Assembly (NCBI GenBank): GCA_977862235.1
Contig: OZ374560.1
Location: forward strand, 1,116,001 to 1,180,000
Direction: 5' to 3'
Source of the DNA: Dudresnaya verticillata
Lineage: Eukaryota
Length of the DNA stretch: 64,000 bases
Shown: piece by piece, positions 23,670-37,390 of the stretch
Position numbering within the stretch: position 1 is the stretch's first letter
Layout: every line of letters begins with the position of its first letter
Program-made: the position numbers and the translations under genes
The notes under the pieces: generated by a model
What the model was told of the DNA's origin: nothing
Database searches by the model: none
What the model saw: the letters and a program-made list of their open reading frames with translations, nothing else

Positions 23670-23938
23670 ATGGCAACCGCGATTTTCAATGCCATTCGCA
23701 GCTACTACGCCAAGTTTCGCTCTGATTCAGGCGCATTTCATGCTCTTCGTGCCAAGGTGATTCGCGGTTCCATGCAGTACGGCCACATCGATTTGATGGC
23801 CTATAACTATGCTAAGATTATCTCGTAGTTTAATTGTCTTTGTTTGAAAAAACAGAAAAAACAAAAAAACAAAATTAGACAATACGAAAAACTGAAAAAT
23901 AAAAACCGGGTCAACCGAGATGGCCTGGTCCACCAAAA
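23666..23938. repeat. Right arm of the inverted repeat (inverted copy of the GT4 3' end)
   Basis: Reads ATAIFNAIRSYYAKFRSDSGAFHALRAKVIRG...AYNYAKIIS* on the + strand, mirroring 22354-22516. Confidence 0.93.
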
Positions 23939-24266
23939 AGTGTAATATCTTTATATATGTTATAGCGCAGGCGCGGATCGTCACACATGTAAGATACCGG
24001 TGTCAAGCTTCTGTCCTTCGTCAAACGCCGCACCAAGTTGCGTCGCAGATATATTCTCCTGAATGAGCACACTGAAAGCCGCACATAGCAAGTCTTAAGT
24101 TCTGAGCGTCGATACCATTCTTTCGGATCTACCTCCCGGTCTAGAGTACTTAGAGGAAGTCTATCAGCCCTTTTTAAATAACAGAAAATGCCACTAAACG
24201 CTGACACATATAGTCCATTGCACCAGTTCTGGTTTTAATTAGGGAGGCTCAAATCAGTTCAAATGT

Positions 24267-25365
24267 ATGTTATTTTGCGGTTGTCTCGACAATGACTGCT
24301 CTAGTCAATGCGACCCAGCCGGAGCACACTATCTTTCTCGACTGTTCAGATCCGTCCGAAGGCTTCCATCCCTTCTGCCTCCTCCGGTACAAGGCCCCAC
24401 CACAATGACTCCCGAGTCGCCTTCCTCGACCATCAAGTCTCCATCCGCATCACCTTCCCCTACTTCCCCTTCTCCACACGCAGCCCCTCCGCCCACCTCT
24501 AATTTCCTTGGATCTTCGTCTTCTCGCTCTTGTTCTGCAGCTTCGTCAGCAGCACAATCAAGCACCACCACTCCATCAGCGATACCCTCTTCATCGCGCG
24601 AGTCTCGCGTCGTTCCCAACAATGTCGAGCGCGCTTGGCTTCTCACCCAGCTGGCCGTCTTCGGCGCTTCTGTGCAAAAAGGGAGGACGCTTGAAGCCAC
24701 GTGCGCCCAGGTTGCAACAATAGCTCGCTCGAGTCACATCAACGATGCAGCAATTGTTCAAGAGCAGCCGTCCTGCGACATGCCATGGAGGCGAGATTAC
24801 ATGGCTTCAACAAAACCAAACAACGCCCTGTGCATCGCTTCTATAGCCTCGAAGCAATCTAGACAGGTCATTGCTTCAGAGAAGGTGACGAGAATGGAAG
24901 TGATTCTGAGGACAATGAGATGGCGTTTGCGGAGGTTCGGCCTGGTGGGAAGGAAGGTGACGCCCAGAACGTGTTAGATCAGGCTCTACTCTTGTACAAG
25001 GGCAAAGCAGCAAAGCGAATATCTACATCTGCAGACGGTTCTGCAAAGATGTAGGCAAGTCGCTAGTAATCTCTCCAGGAGAATGCAGAGAGCTATGAAA
25101 GAGAAAAATGGCGTACAAGTCGGAAAAATAGAAGAAGAAAGATGCCAAGAAGAAGAGAGACATGGAGCGCCGTGCTGCTAAGCGCCACCTCCCGGCCGCA
25201 AATACCATGTGCGCTAACGCCATATCCGTTAGTGATGATATCGCAGCTCGACAATGCGAACAGTTTGCCTCTTTTCTGGCCCTATACGCTCAGAATAATA
25301 ACTTGTCCGCCCCTGTTCCGACTTCCACCATGCCCACAGGTCCCGGTGCCTGTCGGGTGCATTGA
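24267..25365 (+). pseudogene. Possible PIF/Harbinger accessory (Myb/SANT-like) ORF remnant
   Basis: Ser/Pro-rich N-terminus, short helical segment and charged coiled-coil tail, convergent with the Harbinger transposase. No unambiguous motif. Confidence 0.3.
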
Positions 25366-26199
25366 TATGAGTGACGCGAGGTGTCATTCTCGCGAAATGC
25401 CGGTCTGGAAGAATCTACGCTTGATCACTTTAGTGTGTTGCGTGAGTTGAAGCTTCTTCCTCAACTTCTAGCACTGTAGAAGTTATTGCCACCCAGGGTT
25501 GTGATTTTCCTGGGCGACGTTTTATGATTTGTAGATTGTACGGCTCCTGTATCGACTAGGTCGATAGGATTCCGGTTTAGACTACGCTGTCGAGAGGTCA
25601 CAAGCTGGGGCGTGGGTGCCTCATGTGTGGAAGCCTCTGGAACGTTGTTGTGAAGTTCTGTTTGCATCCTACCACTTCCGTGGCAGGCAGGACTTGGGTA
25701 GCTCTGGTTTAGGTAGGTTTCACCAGACTACAAATTGTACTTAAAGGAGAATATAGCGCTCCGGTAAAGAGAAAACGACATCCAAGTCCAATACGAAAAA
25801 CCCTGAACCAACTGGCCGCAGCCTACCGTCATCGTCATCCTCTCCTCTAACCTTCACATTTGTCGGGGTGGTCACGCTTACGTTGGATAAAGATCTCCTC
25901 GCTCCTCGCTCGCATGCATCCCGAACGGGCCGCCATAACAATGCACCTGACGCCACTGCACATGGAGCTGCAGATTTGGTCGTTGCAGATGATGGATTGG
26001 AACCGGAGGAGGCCAGTGCAGAGATGTGAGCCCCGAGCCGCGCGCTTCGCGCCGCTCGGGTAGAGTTCTCGTCAGGTGTTCCGAAACATAAAGGATCCTT
26101 TATTGAGACTGCGCAGCCCTTTCTAGTTTCTCTTCGTAGCACGATCGAGGCTGTAGTGCATATCCGCGAGTGTAAACTATCCAGTTGGCCACTATGTAG

Positions 26200-26990
26200 A
26201 CTGCCTGGCGTGCTAGGGGGAATGGATCGTCCTCAAATTACCAGCGCCCCAGGAACAATCTATTCCTATGTGGGTTGTTGATAAAGCCAATCCCTCATTC
26301 TTTCACCATGCGTTGCTTCCTTGTTTTGCGATTGTGAGCCACTCGGCACATACAGACTGTGATTTCATTGCGTTTGTAGGGTACAACGATCTCCCCGTCA
26401 CCTGAAAACGCCATGTCTGCCATGCCGTGTTGTGAATCTGTCAAGTATTTCTCTCGGTTCCCGTACACATCTGACTCAGTATGGAGAGTAGGTCGGACTC
26501 TGCCCCTTTGTGGGTGACCTGAACGCGAATAAAGGGACCGAAGAGATCGCATAAGACAAAAATAGAGAAACAATTTGCCTTCTTGGATCCATCGTACTCT
26601 CGTTCCTGTGCCGCTGCGTTCTTCGGTATCCATCTCCTATTTTTGCTTCCATCAAGAAAGCACAGATTGGAAAACCTATGAAAAGCCCTTCCATTTCCTT
26701 CCTCTCTTTGAATCCCGTCCATCTGAATAGCGCTGGTGACAGGTCATCCAAAGCTTTCTGAAGTCCTACGAGTACATGTCGGAAGTAGATCGATATGGAG
26801 CCGACAGAAAACCCAGACTTCAGAACAATGTGTTCCGGGCCTCGTACTGCTGCAACATGCCCAAACCTGTTAGAATGGCGCCCTCGTCTTCAACGCACAC
26901 TGTGATGCTTCCTAGAAAAGTGGACAGGAATCCACAGGAATGTGGAGCTCACAGGGCGACGCACGCCGTGCTATTTACTAGTAAAAATTA
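26200..26990 (-). pseudogene. PIF/Harbinger (DDE_Tnp_4) transposase
   Basis: Across frames: FLDGS...YDGSKKANC...CDLFG...GAESD...MADMAFSG...VPYKR...HNR...RMVKE, which is the Harbinger motif order. Confidence 0.8.
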
Positions 26991-28499
26991 AAAATGCCCC
27001 GTTTTGGGGGCATTAGAAATTGCATCGCTTTGCGTTAAATAAAAGCAGCTATCCGTGTGGTTAATTTGCGTTGCTAAATAGCCAAAATCAGCTTCAGAAA
27101 ATAGACACGGCTGACCGCATGTCTATCCGCGTCAATAGCTACAACCTATTTGATATGATACGGCGCGGCGAGTACCATTCTCATTGGGTCCGGTGCTCTC
27201 GTACTGGTAGGCATCAGGGTCCTCTGATACAGTACCCGAACCCCCTGTTGTGGATCTAACATTACTGGGCGCCACTATGAAGTGAAGGAATGGTCATTTT
27301 GGCTCGAGACTTCGGCATCTGCACCCTTGCCATTGCATGACTACACGACCGGAGACGAAATGAAAACGGGCCACGAATGCCCGAGTGCTGAGCATGGTCA
27401 GGGTGAGCAGACTGTCCCTTCAAGGCAGGCAGATCTGCGTAATTATGAATCATTTACCATACAAAGACATTTATTTGTAGTTGGAATAAGTCTGTCATTG
27501 CTGGATTTCCGCAGGGATTTGTCACCCAACATCTGTTGAGTTGCTGGCGATAAGCTAGCGTCTCGAGGCGTTCCCTCTCTCTCCTTGGGCGCCCGGCGAC
27601 CCATTTTTCAAGACCAGCTTTCATGTTTTGGGCTGTCACACACTCTCGTTCGCACTGGTGTGACTCCGCCTGCCGGAGCAGTCGCCACGCTGCACCTTCC
27701 GCGGCTCGCACTTCTTATGCGGGTGTTTGCAGTAGAATGGCTTTCAAACCAGACCAGACGGCCACACAGCAGGACAGCTGTCCTGAAAGCTCGATCCAAC
27801 TGGTGTGTTTCACAGTTTGGTAGCTCGATAAGGGGGCTGGTAGAGACTTCAGAGGGCTGGAAGTCCTGACAAAGGGGGAAAGGGAAGGCGAACCGTCTGC
27901 TTAGGGCAGTCGTCGTAGGTAGCACGGCTTGTAGACACCTAAAGGGGATTGTAGCGGAGGCACTGTTAGAGTCCAAAAAGAAGGGGAAACCCCAAGGCAA
28001 ACATCGCTACCCGTTTAATGCGGAGCCTCTGCTACTCAGGGGCCTAATAAATACGGTGGGAGCCGGAAAGGTACTACCCACTCAATAAGACCTATAATGC
28101 CAACATTGAGCTACTAATTTACCGTAATAGTGAAACAACGGGGTATAATTAGGAATGAGCACTCGTACTGCTCTCGCGCGCAAGGCGTCACTGTAAGACG
28201 CTGGGCCCAAAATAGCCGCGAAATTGTCGCGCGTATCACCCACTCAGCGCGCATAGCGCTCACGTAGTGAATTATCCAATGGCGCGTAGCCACATCACCC
28301 GTGCGTCCCGCACCTTACAGGCGTCGGGTTTACACGTGGATCCTTACAGTACCCCAGCGCTCGTTATAGCAGACGGCCCCCTTCTTAAAACTGAGCGCCC
28401 CGCTCATTACAGAAGTTTACAGCAAGGCCGTTTCCAATTTTTTTGACCGTTGAGATTGAGGCCTCGATACGTTCATTGGCCCAACGCGTGCGTTTGTAA

Positions 28500-31400
28500 A
28501 TGCCTCCCAGGGGCCCGTCTGGACGATGGGTCCAGGTCCCCACGGTTTTAGCCGTCGTCTCCGGCGCAACTGGTATCGATTGGGCGAAATGCTTGTGGGC
28601 CTGCGTTTATTTCAACTCCGGTTTTCAGCCGTCCCTGCGCCCAACACACTCGCAACCACCAACCGACGTAACCTCTCACCCGACTGCCCAGCTTCTGCTC
28701 TCTGCTTGTTCCACTTCGAGCGGCTTCTTCCTATACGGCTCACGCCGTCGAGCACCATTATCTGCTTGCTTGTTGTGGGCCATCGACGTTCGCCGACTCA
28801 ATATTCCTCGCACCCCTCGCGGTTCTCACTGTAGCGCACCATCGCTTATCGCTGACACCCTTCCCGAGTTGTCCACAAGTGGCACGCTTCCCCGTATTCG
28901 CCGGTTCAAAGCCGTTTTCTCAGGTCGCGCTCGTCAGTCTCTTGATTTGGCTTTGCAACCGACAGTCAGGCACAAGGACGGCTTCAAAGCCGTAGAAGAA
29001 ATCAGGTCGGGCTCATCACCGCTCTGGGGTGCGTTCTGGGGCCAACTAAATTCAAGAAGGGGCTGCCGGGCCTGAGAAGAGTCACGAAACGGCTTAGAGC
29101 CATACGGCTTAGAGCTGTATTCGCGTTGAGCTCTCACATCACAAGATGCCCCTGCCCCAGCTAGCATACGGGACAGCCGGTTCCAGCGCAAATATCTTAG
29201 GACATGAAGTTGATGCGGCGGGTGTGCCGTTAGTGATCTCCCACAGCCGCGACTGGCTTCTGCGTACCGACCTAACACATCTACAGATGCCGGCGGGAAA
29301 TAATGGCGAGGAGATCCGCCGCATCGGAGAGGGAACGGCTCAGAGCCGTGTTTGGAATCGCCTCATGCGCATTCGTGTTGGCATATTGACTGGCACCAAC
29401 CGGTTCCTCTCACACCTCGATGGCGACGCCGATTCGCTCCAGTGCAATGGCCTTTATGCCCTTTCGGCACGAGATTTCATGGAGCAATAACTTGACGAGA
29501 AGTTGATTTTGGAAGGCGAGCTGCTGTATGAGGTCCCAGAGTGTTGGGTGGGACATGCGAGTGGTTATGCATGAGCACCCACCCATCCGTAGGGGTAAGG
29601 ATAATTTCCTTTATGGTAAAACGAATAGTCCACGGTAACGCGGAGAAGTCTCCACTGTAAGCGACGGCCCCGGAGCTGAACGGGTGGCCTCGTAGCCAAA
29701 AGAAAAGCAAAGAAAACAATACAAGGGAGCGTGGTAGAGCGGGGCGACCGACGCCGAGGACCACAGTGTCAACGAATACGTGTGCGGAAGGGATAACTGT
29801 GAGCTAACGATTACCGGGGATGATTCCGGGTGCGCGGGCCGTATCCGCGAACACGAACGCGAAGAAACCGAACACGAAGAAGAAGGCCTTTACCGTAGAC
29901 GCCGAGGTCCGGGTGCTAGTCGCTTACCGGGAACCCTCGGAGGTCGTGCCAGACGACTGTCTAAGTGCTACCACGCGAGCACGAATACGTGTCAAACCGG
30001 GAGACGGTTCGTAAGCGGCTAATTCGTAACGGCCTCGGAGCCCGCAAACGGTAGTCTCGCGTATGGTGGTGGTTACGAGATATGCCAGAAACGCCTACGG
30101 AGGCGCACGCGCACCGTAGGCCTCGGAGCCTTTCGCGCAAGAATCAAACGGGAAAACACGGAGCTGTCAGCGATTTCGTCTACAGTAGCGCACTGTAATG
30201 CGAATGCAATTGTGGCGCGCGTAATCACAGAGTCACTTCGAAATTCGTATTTCTCGATTATTTTCACGTAGACCCACGGAGCCGATTTGCGAACACCGCT
30301 TATACCACATCTCGTATACGATGGCCCGCGTGGTGCTGTGGACGAGTCGTCCAATCTCAAGTACGCTCTCGACAACCCGCAGACGGCTATGCTGTTGGAA
30401 CATGCCCGCTTTCAGCGGCGACAGCGTCATAAGACCGGTTGCCTCGTCCCCTGCCATTACCAGGAAGTGAAAGCTATCAAGCCAGAGTGGTACAAATGGA
30501 AGTATCCCCAGATTCCCGACGATCACAAGAACTTTGAGGTCTCTTACTCCATGACGGTGGGAACTTCGACGATCATCCCCTACCTTGGTCTCGAGATGAT
30601 GGATAAATCCATGGATAACAGTATGCTTGCAGGATATTTCGCCATGAGTGGGAGGGGCTCGTCGTCCAAACCCTGGTATACGAGGCCCGGAGAGACCTGT
30701 TGTACTTCATTCGTCAACCGCTGCGGATGGCCATTCGGCATTTGAGCTCCACGGGTTTGGCTGCGGATGCGGAGGATGCCAAGAACTTAGACGCCCTGCT
30801 CGTATTCATCAAGCGCATTTGCTGGAGCGAGATATCGAAGAGTAACAGGCATCTTATATCGAACACTGGTCATTTAACGTCGGTTTAAAATGGTGGTGAC
30901 TGGGTCGACTTCGATCCACAGAGATGGCATCTGATGTTACCGTAGTATCTGATCCAGCCGGAGCCGTCCGAGTCACAACCTCTCATTTTTGATGAGAGCA
31001 CTCGTATGACTGGGGTTACATCTGGATGGGTCTATTCCCGTCGGCGCGAGCCGGGTCCTGAGACCCCTGATTGACTGCCCGTGTTCGACGAAACTGTCGA
31101 TAGGCAGGTCCAGGGTCCTCATGGCCCTCCGGCTATGGGCTATTCAAAAGCTGACCACGTCATTCGAGACGTCTTTAATCGACGTCGTTTTCCCATTAGG
31201 CTCGCGTGCCATGTGGACAGTCGTCACCTCAACGTGAATAGTCTGCAGACTGGGTAGAAGACGTAATGGTAGTCGACGAGTCCAATTGGCTACATATTTC
31301 TGGGTCAGTTGACGAGCTAGAGCATCTTCGAGCTCACCTTACTTCTCTGCCTCCCGTGAAGAGAAGCGCTCGAGGCGAGGACGTTAAACCGCATCTCGGT

Positions 31401-32124
31401 ATCGGCCATGCCGGAGCGTCCGGAAGCAAGCCAGAGGCGACTGGAGTCGTGGATAGTGACCCTCATGGGAACATGAGTGATAATCCTGCGGCTATCCCAC
31501 GTGAGGCGTCGTCCACAGCAGTTGTACAAGCTACTGCTTCAGCTGTTAAGTCCGTGACCACGCCCTCGGCGGTAGTTGCAGCTTCTACTGTCCTGACAGC
31601 GGCGGCGGTTTCGACCCTTGTGGTGCCGACTACGGGTTTACCTGTTTTTGCCCCGTGGGTGAGTTTCTCGGAGCAGATTTTCCGCGTCGTGATTCTCACG
31701 TGACAGATGATAGATGGCCAGAGTGGCTGTTCCTGCGCCTTCGACCGGTGAAAATGAAGACCACGGCTCGAAGCCAGATGAGATCTCCCACGATGGTCCA
31801 TCGCAAGTGGATAAGGCAGCCACACCCTCAGACGACGTAGTCGTTAAGACTGAATCGGTCGTTAAGGAGGAAGATGAGGTGGATCCCTCTATGGGTGGGG
31901 CGACGACAGCCGGCCTTGACGCCGTGAAGATTCGTGCCCCGATGACTGACTCAGCAGCCAGGCGACTCGGGCACCCAACGGGTCCGTGGTTCTCGTCGCT
32001 TGTGGTACGGGGGTCGAATGGTGCACCAAGTGCGCCACGTTTTCATTTCTCATACGGCCCCACAGCCTGCCCGCCTCTCGGCGAAGATGAGGTCATCGAC
32101 CTTTTGTCTGATTGCGCCCCTTGA
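28500..32124 (+). pseudogene. Antisense accessory coding region of element C, unknown function
   Basis: Plus-strand ORF chain (28500-29075, 29146-29490, 29780-30022, 30287-30745, 30700-30888, 31266-31703, 31714-32124), opposite to pol, between the PPT and the chromodomain. Confidence 0.55.
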
Positions 32125-32860
32125 TGGCTTAGAGTAACCACCATTTCCATACTCTCCGCTGGCCGAAAGCCATTGTAATTCGCTTGACGTGTGCCAGAGC
32201 GGCTTAACTGCTAAAGTAAAGTCCTTGTTTTGTTGTTCCCTTACGGCTGGAAGGTGATCTCGTCTCTCTTTTTCCTTATCGTTAGCATGGTCAGAGTTTT
32301 TATGGGGCTGATTACCCTTCGTCAATAGACGCATTCGGTGTAGGCGCTCCGGCTTGTGTTGTGCTCACTCACAGAGCTGGCAGCTCACTTAGGTCACTTA
32401 GGCATTTCGACGCAAATCTGGGTAACACTCCTTGGAGGAGTTACCAAAAGGGGAGAATTTCGATACTGTTGAGGCAGCTTGGTGCCACGACGCACGCCGT
32501 GGCACGGAAACTCTACTACGAAACTGATTCGTGGTTTAGTACACCTCCGGGAGGGGACAGAGCGACGGCGAGAATGCCACCAATGACTCACTCCCCTATA
32601 CAGTAGCGGACAACGGTACTATATAGAAGAAGCTCCTTTTCGTGCCAACCCGCTCCGTGTTTGCCTCACGAATTCTAATTCGTGGCTGAACGACTCAGAC
32701 GATTTTGATTCGTGGTTCAATCCGCCTCCATAGCACTGGGTTGGGCAGGGATCGCCATGGCGTGGGCGAGAACGACCCACTCTGTGGGAGCCACCTTTCA
32801 GCCTTCTGTGGAAGTGAAACGGGTTATCCCCCAGAGAGAGGGACCTGCCATTGCCACGGG

Positions 32861-33437
32861 TGTAACATATTTGAGCTCTAAAGAGCTTCAGCGGAACAGA
32901 TACGGGTTTCCATACCTGCGACTTGTGCTGTGTACATAGCTAGGGCTATATCCCGTAGGTCACTCGACTTAGTCAATGGGTAGGCTCCCTCCTAGACCTT
33001 ACAGTCTTCGCATTATCAGTAAGGGTAAGGTCATCAGCTCAACGAGTTTAACCAATAGTATGGGAACCTGGCCCTAGTATTCTTATATGCATAAAGGGGG
33101 CGTCATCCCGCCGCTCAGATTCCACATCTAACTTAGCCACAACAGTTATCTCTACAATAGTCCACGCCACCTTTTGGTATTTGGGCCTGTGAGCCCGATA
33201 CCCATCGTCCAGGCCTTTGCGTTTCCAACTCATCTTCCCCTGTTCTTGAACTTCCAGTTCATGTATCTAATTCTTCAACTTCCAGTTCACCCATTTAGGA
33301 TCTATCCAGATCTTCAGCTCCTGACTCATCTATCAATCTGAACTTCCAGTTCATCTATCCTAACATTTATCCAAGGTTCCAAACCTTCTTTTCATCATTC
33401 CTTATTTCCAAATGGGCTTCAACCCCTTCTAGTTACA
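32861..33437. repeat. Possible solo LTR with internal short repeats
   Basis: TGTAAC...GTTACA termini and three copies of aacttccagttca at ~33248-33352. No TSD found. Confidence 0.35.
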
Positions 33438-36400
33438 CTTATATACATGGGTGTGACCATTACTACGGGTGTAGCCATTGCTATCCCTCAACAGGGCCGG
33501 CGGTCAGCAATCGGATGTTACGTCCCATAACTGCCTAAAGCTTCAGCCCGTCATAGGGTTACCCTTTGAGATGGTTAAAACCCCAGCTATGACTCTTGAG
33601 TCGTGTGGCGCACTGAGGGTAACCTCTGAACCAGGGGCCCTTGCTTACTCATCAGCCTGGTCAATCAGTACTATTCCAAGCGGGGAATCCCTTTCGCACG
33701 GTGATATCGTTTGACTAGATTCTCCGGGAGGTGTTCTAGCCGCTCCCATGTGTCTTGCGATGCAGGAAATTCGTACCACCGCACCTTATAAAGTTTCGAC
33801 TCAGAGTTGTAGTCGACCAATTTTTCATAAACATACTCCCGCGGGGGAGCTTTCCTGAAGCGTAAAAACTTACGATGCGGAGCCATTGGCTTGAGGAGGG
33901 CTTAGGCTCGGGATACCGTTGGTTCAGCATTGTCCAGAGCCGGTGGTATGAGAAACTCGTCGCAGGGGGTACGTTTGCAGAAACCGGTCTAGCGCCGTTA
34001 TCCATATCCTCGATCACTTCCCGGGTCGACAGTCTGTGCATCTGAGTTTTCCGCGCCCGCGTCCAGCCGCTCCTATCTCGCGATGGCCGGCGACTGTACG
34101 ACGCCCGGATCGTTGGTAGGCATTGGTTCAAGAGCTGACCCTGTTGGTTCCATATCTCCAGCAGTAACTTCCGCAATCGGCGGTTGTAGCCCTAGGGCTT
34201 CAATCTCTTCTTCCAGTGATGGGGCCAGCATCACGCGATCCAGATATATTGATTCTCTTTCTTAATTCCTTTCCAGTACGACGGTGTGTGTTCCTCTATC
34301 GAACATGTTACTCGGGCCTAGAGCCTTTGAAAACAATTTTCCTTCTCTCGCCACCCCTTTGGCGTCCTGCAGCTTCGTTTCTATTGCCAGAAATACCGAT
34401 TGGCTAGGGCGTAACTTCTGATTAGTCAGACGCATGCGAATATTGAAATTGAGTTCATATCTTTGTTGCGCTATGCGTAGATGAGGTAGCCCAGTCTCCA
34501 TCAGCTTCTCGAGTCTAGCGGTCAACCGCACCTTAATAGTTGTAGCAAGCACGTTCGAAACATCTACCTTCTCGACGTTTTCCATCATATTGGACGTAGG
34601 AGGGATGGATAAAACTAAATCAACGGGGTGCTCTGACGTATGCCTGCAACACGACCCGTCGCGCAATGAACGATCGTGTTGCAGGCATATGTCAGAGCAG
34701 ACGTCAATTCATCCCAGTCTTTCTGGTCTTCGGCAATGAAATACTTCAGCCATGATAAAAGGGCGCGATTAAACCGTTCGGTCTTTCCGTTTGTCTATGG
34801 ATGGTAAGTCGACGTAAATAGATTCCTGATTTTGAGAATAACGCAGACGACGAAGCCCTTAGACGCAAATTGTGACCCATTGTCCGACAGGACATAACAG
34901 AGAGGCACGTAGGTCTATACCTAGTGCTCGTAGAACGCTTTCGCCACAGAATAATCCGTCACCGTCTTCAACGGTATAGCCAGAGTTATCTTTAAAAGCG
35001 ATCATTAATCACGAGAAGATACTCATTTCCCTTGCCCGCTCGGGGTAGCGGTCCTAGGATGTCGATACCCATGAACGCCAACGGCACGGGAGCCGGAAAT
35101 AACTTCAGATTTGAAGCGTGTTGTCGCAGTTGGACCCGTCCCTGGGCGCATTTGAAACAGTTGCGAACTGTCACGTATATGACGAGAGCCGTACCAGGCC
35201 ATAAGACTTGTCGGCGCACGTTATGATACCTCCTTGTCCCACCGCGGTGACCGGCCATCTCTGGGTAGTGCGTAAGATGCAGTACCAGTTCTTGGAGAAC
35301 CCTATGTATCACTATCTATAGCGTCTTGTGGATATAAGACCGTCGGACTATTAGTCCTCGATCATCTTCCAGATAACAGCCTGGTATTCCATCTTCGAAA
35401 GCGAGTTGGATCCCTATACAGAATTGATCTGTTAGCTCAGCGCGAAGAATTTCTTCCACGGTGAGTAGGGAAAGACTCTTCTCGTCTACTTCGTTTTCAG
35501 CCACGTTGGCTATTAGTGGTTCATCCTCGAGTTGCGAATCGACCGAGTTGTCTTCAGGTTCCACTTCCCAGACCTCCAAATGTCTTGACTTAGTCTTCAT
35601 TCACGGTTCTACTTTGGCCGAAGGGTCGGGAAATTGGGCCCGATCGCTGCCATGGATTGGAAGGCAAGGGATCTCCAGATCCGGTCCCCAGCTGGTAAAA
35701 CCGTAGTTAGGTAAACGCGAGACGCCATCAGGTATGTGATTCTTCTTTCCCTTACGGTATTGAACCGTTAAGGCGTACTCCATGAGTCACAAGCGCCAAC
35801 GCGCTAAATGCCCGGATGCATCCGTCATACTCATCTCATCCGCTTGAGCGCCTGGTGGTCGGTGTAGAGATCAAAATGCGACCTATACAAATATGGCTTG
35901 AGCATTTGTGTGGCCCAGACCACAGCGAGACATTCTTTTTCTCCACCGAAGTAATTCTGTTCTGCCAGAGTCAGACCTCGACTCCTAAATACGATAGGGT
36001 GACATGTTCGTTCTCGTTCCATTTGCATGAGTGACCACCCTATTTGGTAATCATATGCGTCGTATCCACCGAAAAAGGTATACCTTCTTTAGGTAGTCGG
36101 AGAATTCCTGGAGCTATGAGGGCCTTCTTCAACACACCGAACACTTCGCGTTGTTGCTAGTCAAAAAGCGTTAGTTAAAATCCAATATCCTTCTGTAGAA
36201 GTCTATTAAACGGTGATGCAACCCCTGCGAAGTTCGATACGAAGCGTCTATGTACATTACAACTCCAAAGAACGATCGCAATTGCATTTTCGTCATTGAC
36301 TCCTTGAAGCCTTCAATGGCTCTTGTTTTATTTGTAGCTACTTCCAGGAGTCCTGACCGGATCGCATGTCCGAGGTAATCCACGTTCTTAATGAAGAAGT

Positions 36401-36558
36401 TGCACTTCTTGCGATTGAGCGATACACCCGCTTCTTTCAGTACCGAGAGTATTTCTTGAACATGACCTAAGTTTTCGTCAACAATCTTTGAGAATATTTT
36501 GATATGGTCCAAGTAGACGAGACAGGACTTCCATCGGTATCCTGATAATAGAATATTT

Positions 36559-37390
36559 TGGCAATGACGTCAGGTCGAACTGGACGTCTATATTGGCTGG
36601 TCTCGTGGTCGCACCCAGACCCGTCGACGTGTGTTGGTATCGATAGTAGTGTAGCGGGGGTGTCGGCCGCGCGCACCGTCGACCATCACGGATCCACGGC
36701 GTCCAAGAAGCCCGCACCGGGCGGACCGTACGCGGGCGGCAGCGACCAGATCTCTGCGTCCCCGTCGTGGGGCAGCATGAAGCGGACGGTCGGAAAGGAA
36801 AGGAGGACCCTAGACGGTCAAGGGAAAGGGAAAAGACGTGGGGCGAAAGACTGGGAAAGAAGCCCAAAGCAGAAAGGGGCTAGCCTGATGTAGGATGGCT
36901 TTTCCGTGTTTACTCTAGCCCAGAGGGGCGAATACTAAACATAATACAGTGCCCGCGGCGGCACAAACCCGGGAGGTGCACTGGCGCCCCCCGATACGAT
37001 TCGACGCGTACGGGTAATAATAGTAACCCGGGGCGCGCGTGGGCGAAATGTTCCACACGTACACAACGACTCGACGCCGGAGTGCGCGCGCGCGGTTCAC
37101 GCACTCAACGGCTTTACACCCGAATGCTTGCGCACTACACGAGGGACAGCGAGGCGTTCGACCACTGTTTATACTAGATTGTACTGTACACTACACAAAA
37201 ACAAACGTAGAAATTACACGGGAGTGTCAGTGTCACACAAGTGCATGCGTGGGCGGCACAGCGCACTGACGTACAGCGCCAGGGGGGCTTTGGTGCCACC
37301 TGCTGACAGCGTGGGCACAGCGCGGCTAGTATTACAGCGGCGGGCGTGGCGTAGCTGGTCTTACAATTGCACATGCGAGGCACCGCTGGT
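36559..37390 (-). repeat. LTR-like non-coding segment truncating the RT of element C
   Basis: Abrupt end of RT coding sequence. Composition (purine-rich tract, CG/CA alternation) resembles the other LTRs in reverse. Termini and TSD not established. Confidence 0.4.

Larger units (their letters stand above)
27870..36557 (-). mobile_element. Ty3/Gypsy chromovirus element C, 5'-truncated within RT
   Basis: Minus-strand RT (CLVYLDH, VDYLGH), RNase H (EKECLAVVWA, YTDHQAL), integrase (GHRGG, IDILGPLP) and chromodomain (33671-33886, YKVRWYEFPASQDTWE). PPT aagaagggggccgtc precedes an LTR starting TGCTATAAC at 28371. The LTR left end is not resolved. Confidence 0.85.

Noticed and set aside
22234..23944. 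Firm Pack-MULE call for the GT4 inverted-repeat unit
   Set aside because: The candidate 10-bp TSD matches only 7 of 10 in A/T-rich sequence and no MULE transposase is present. Kept only as a hypothesis.
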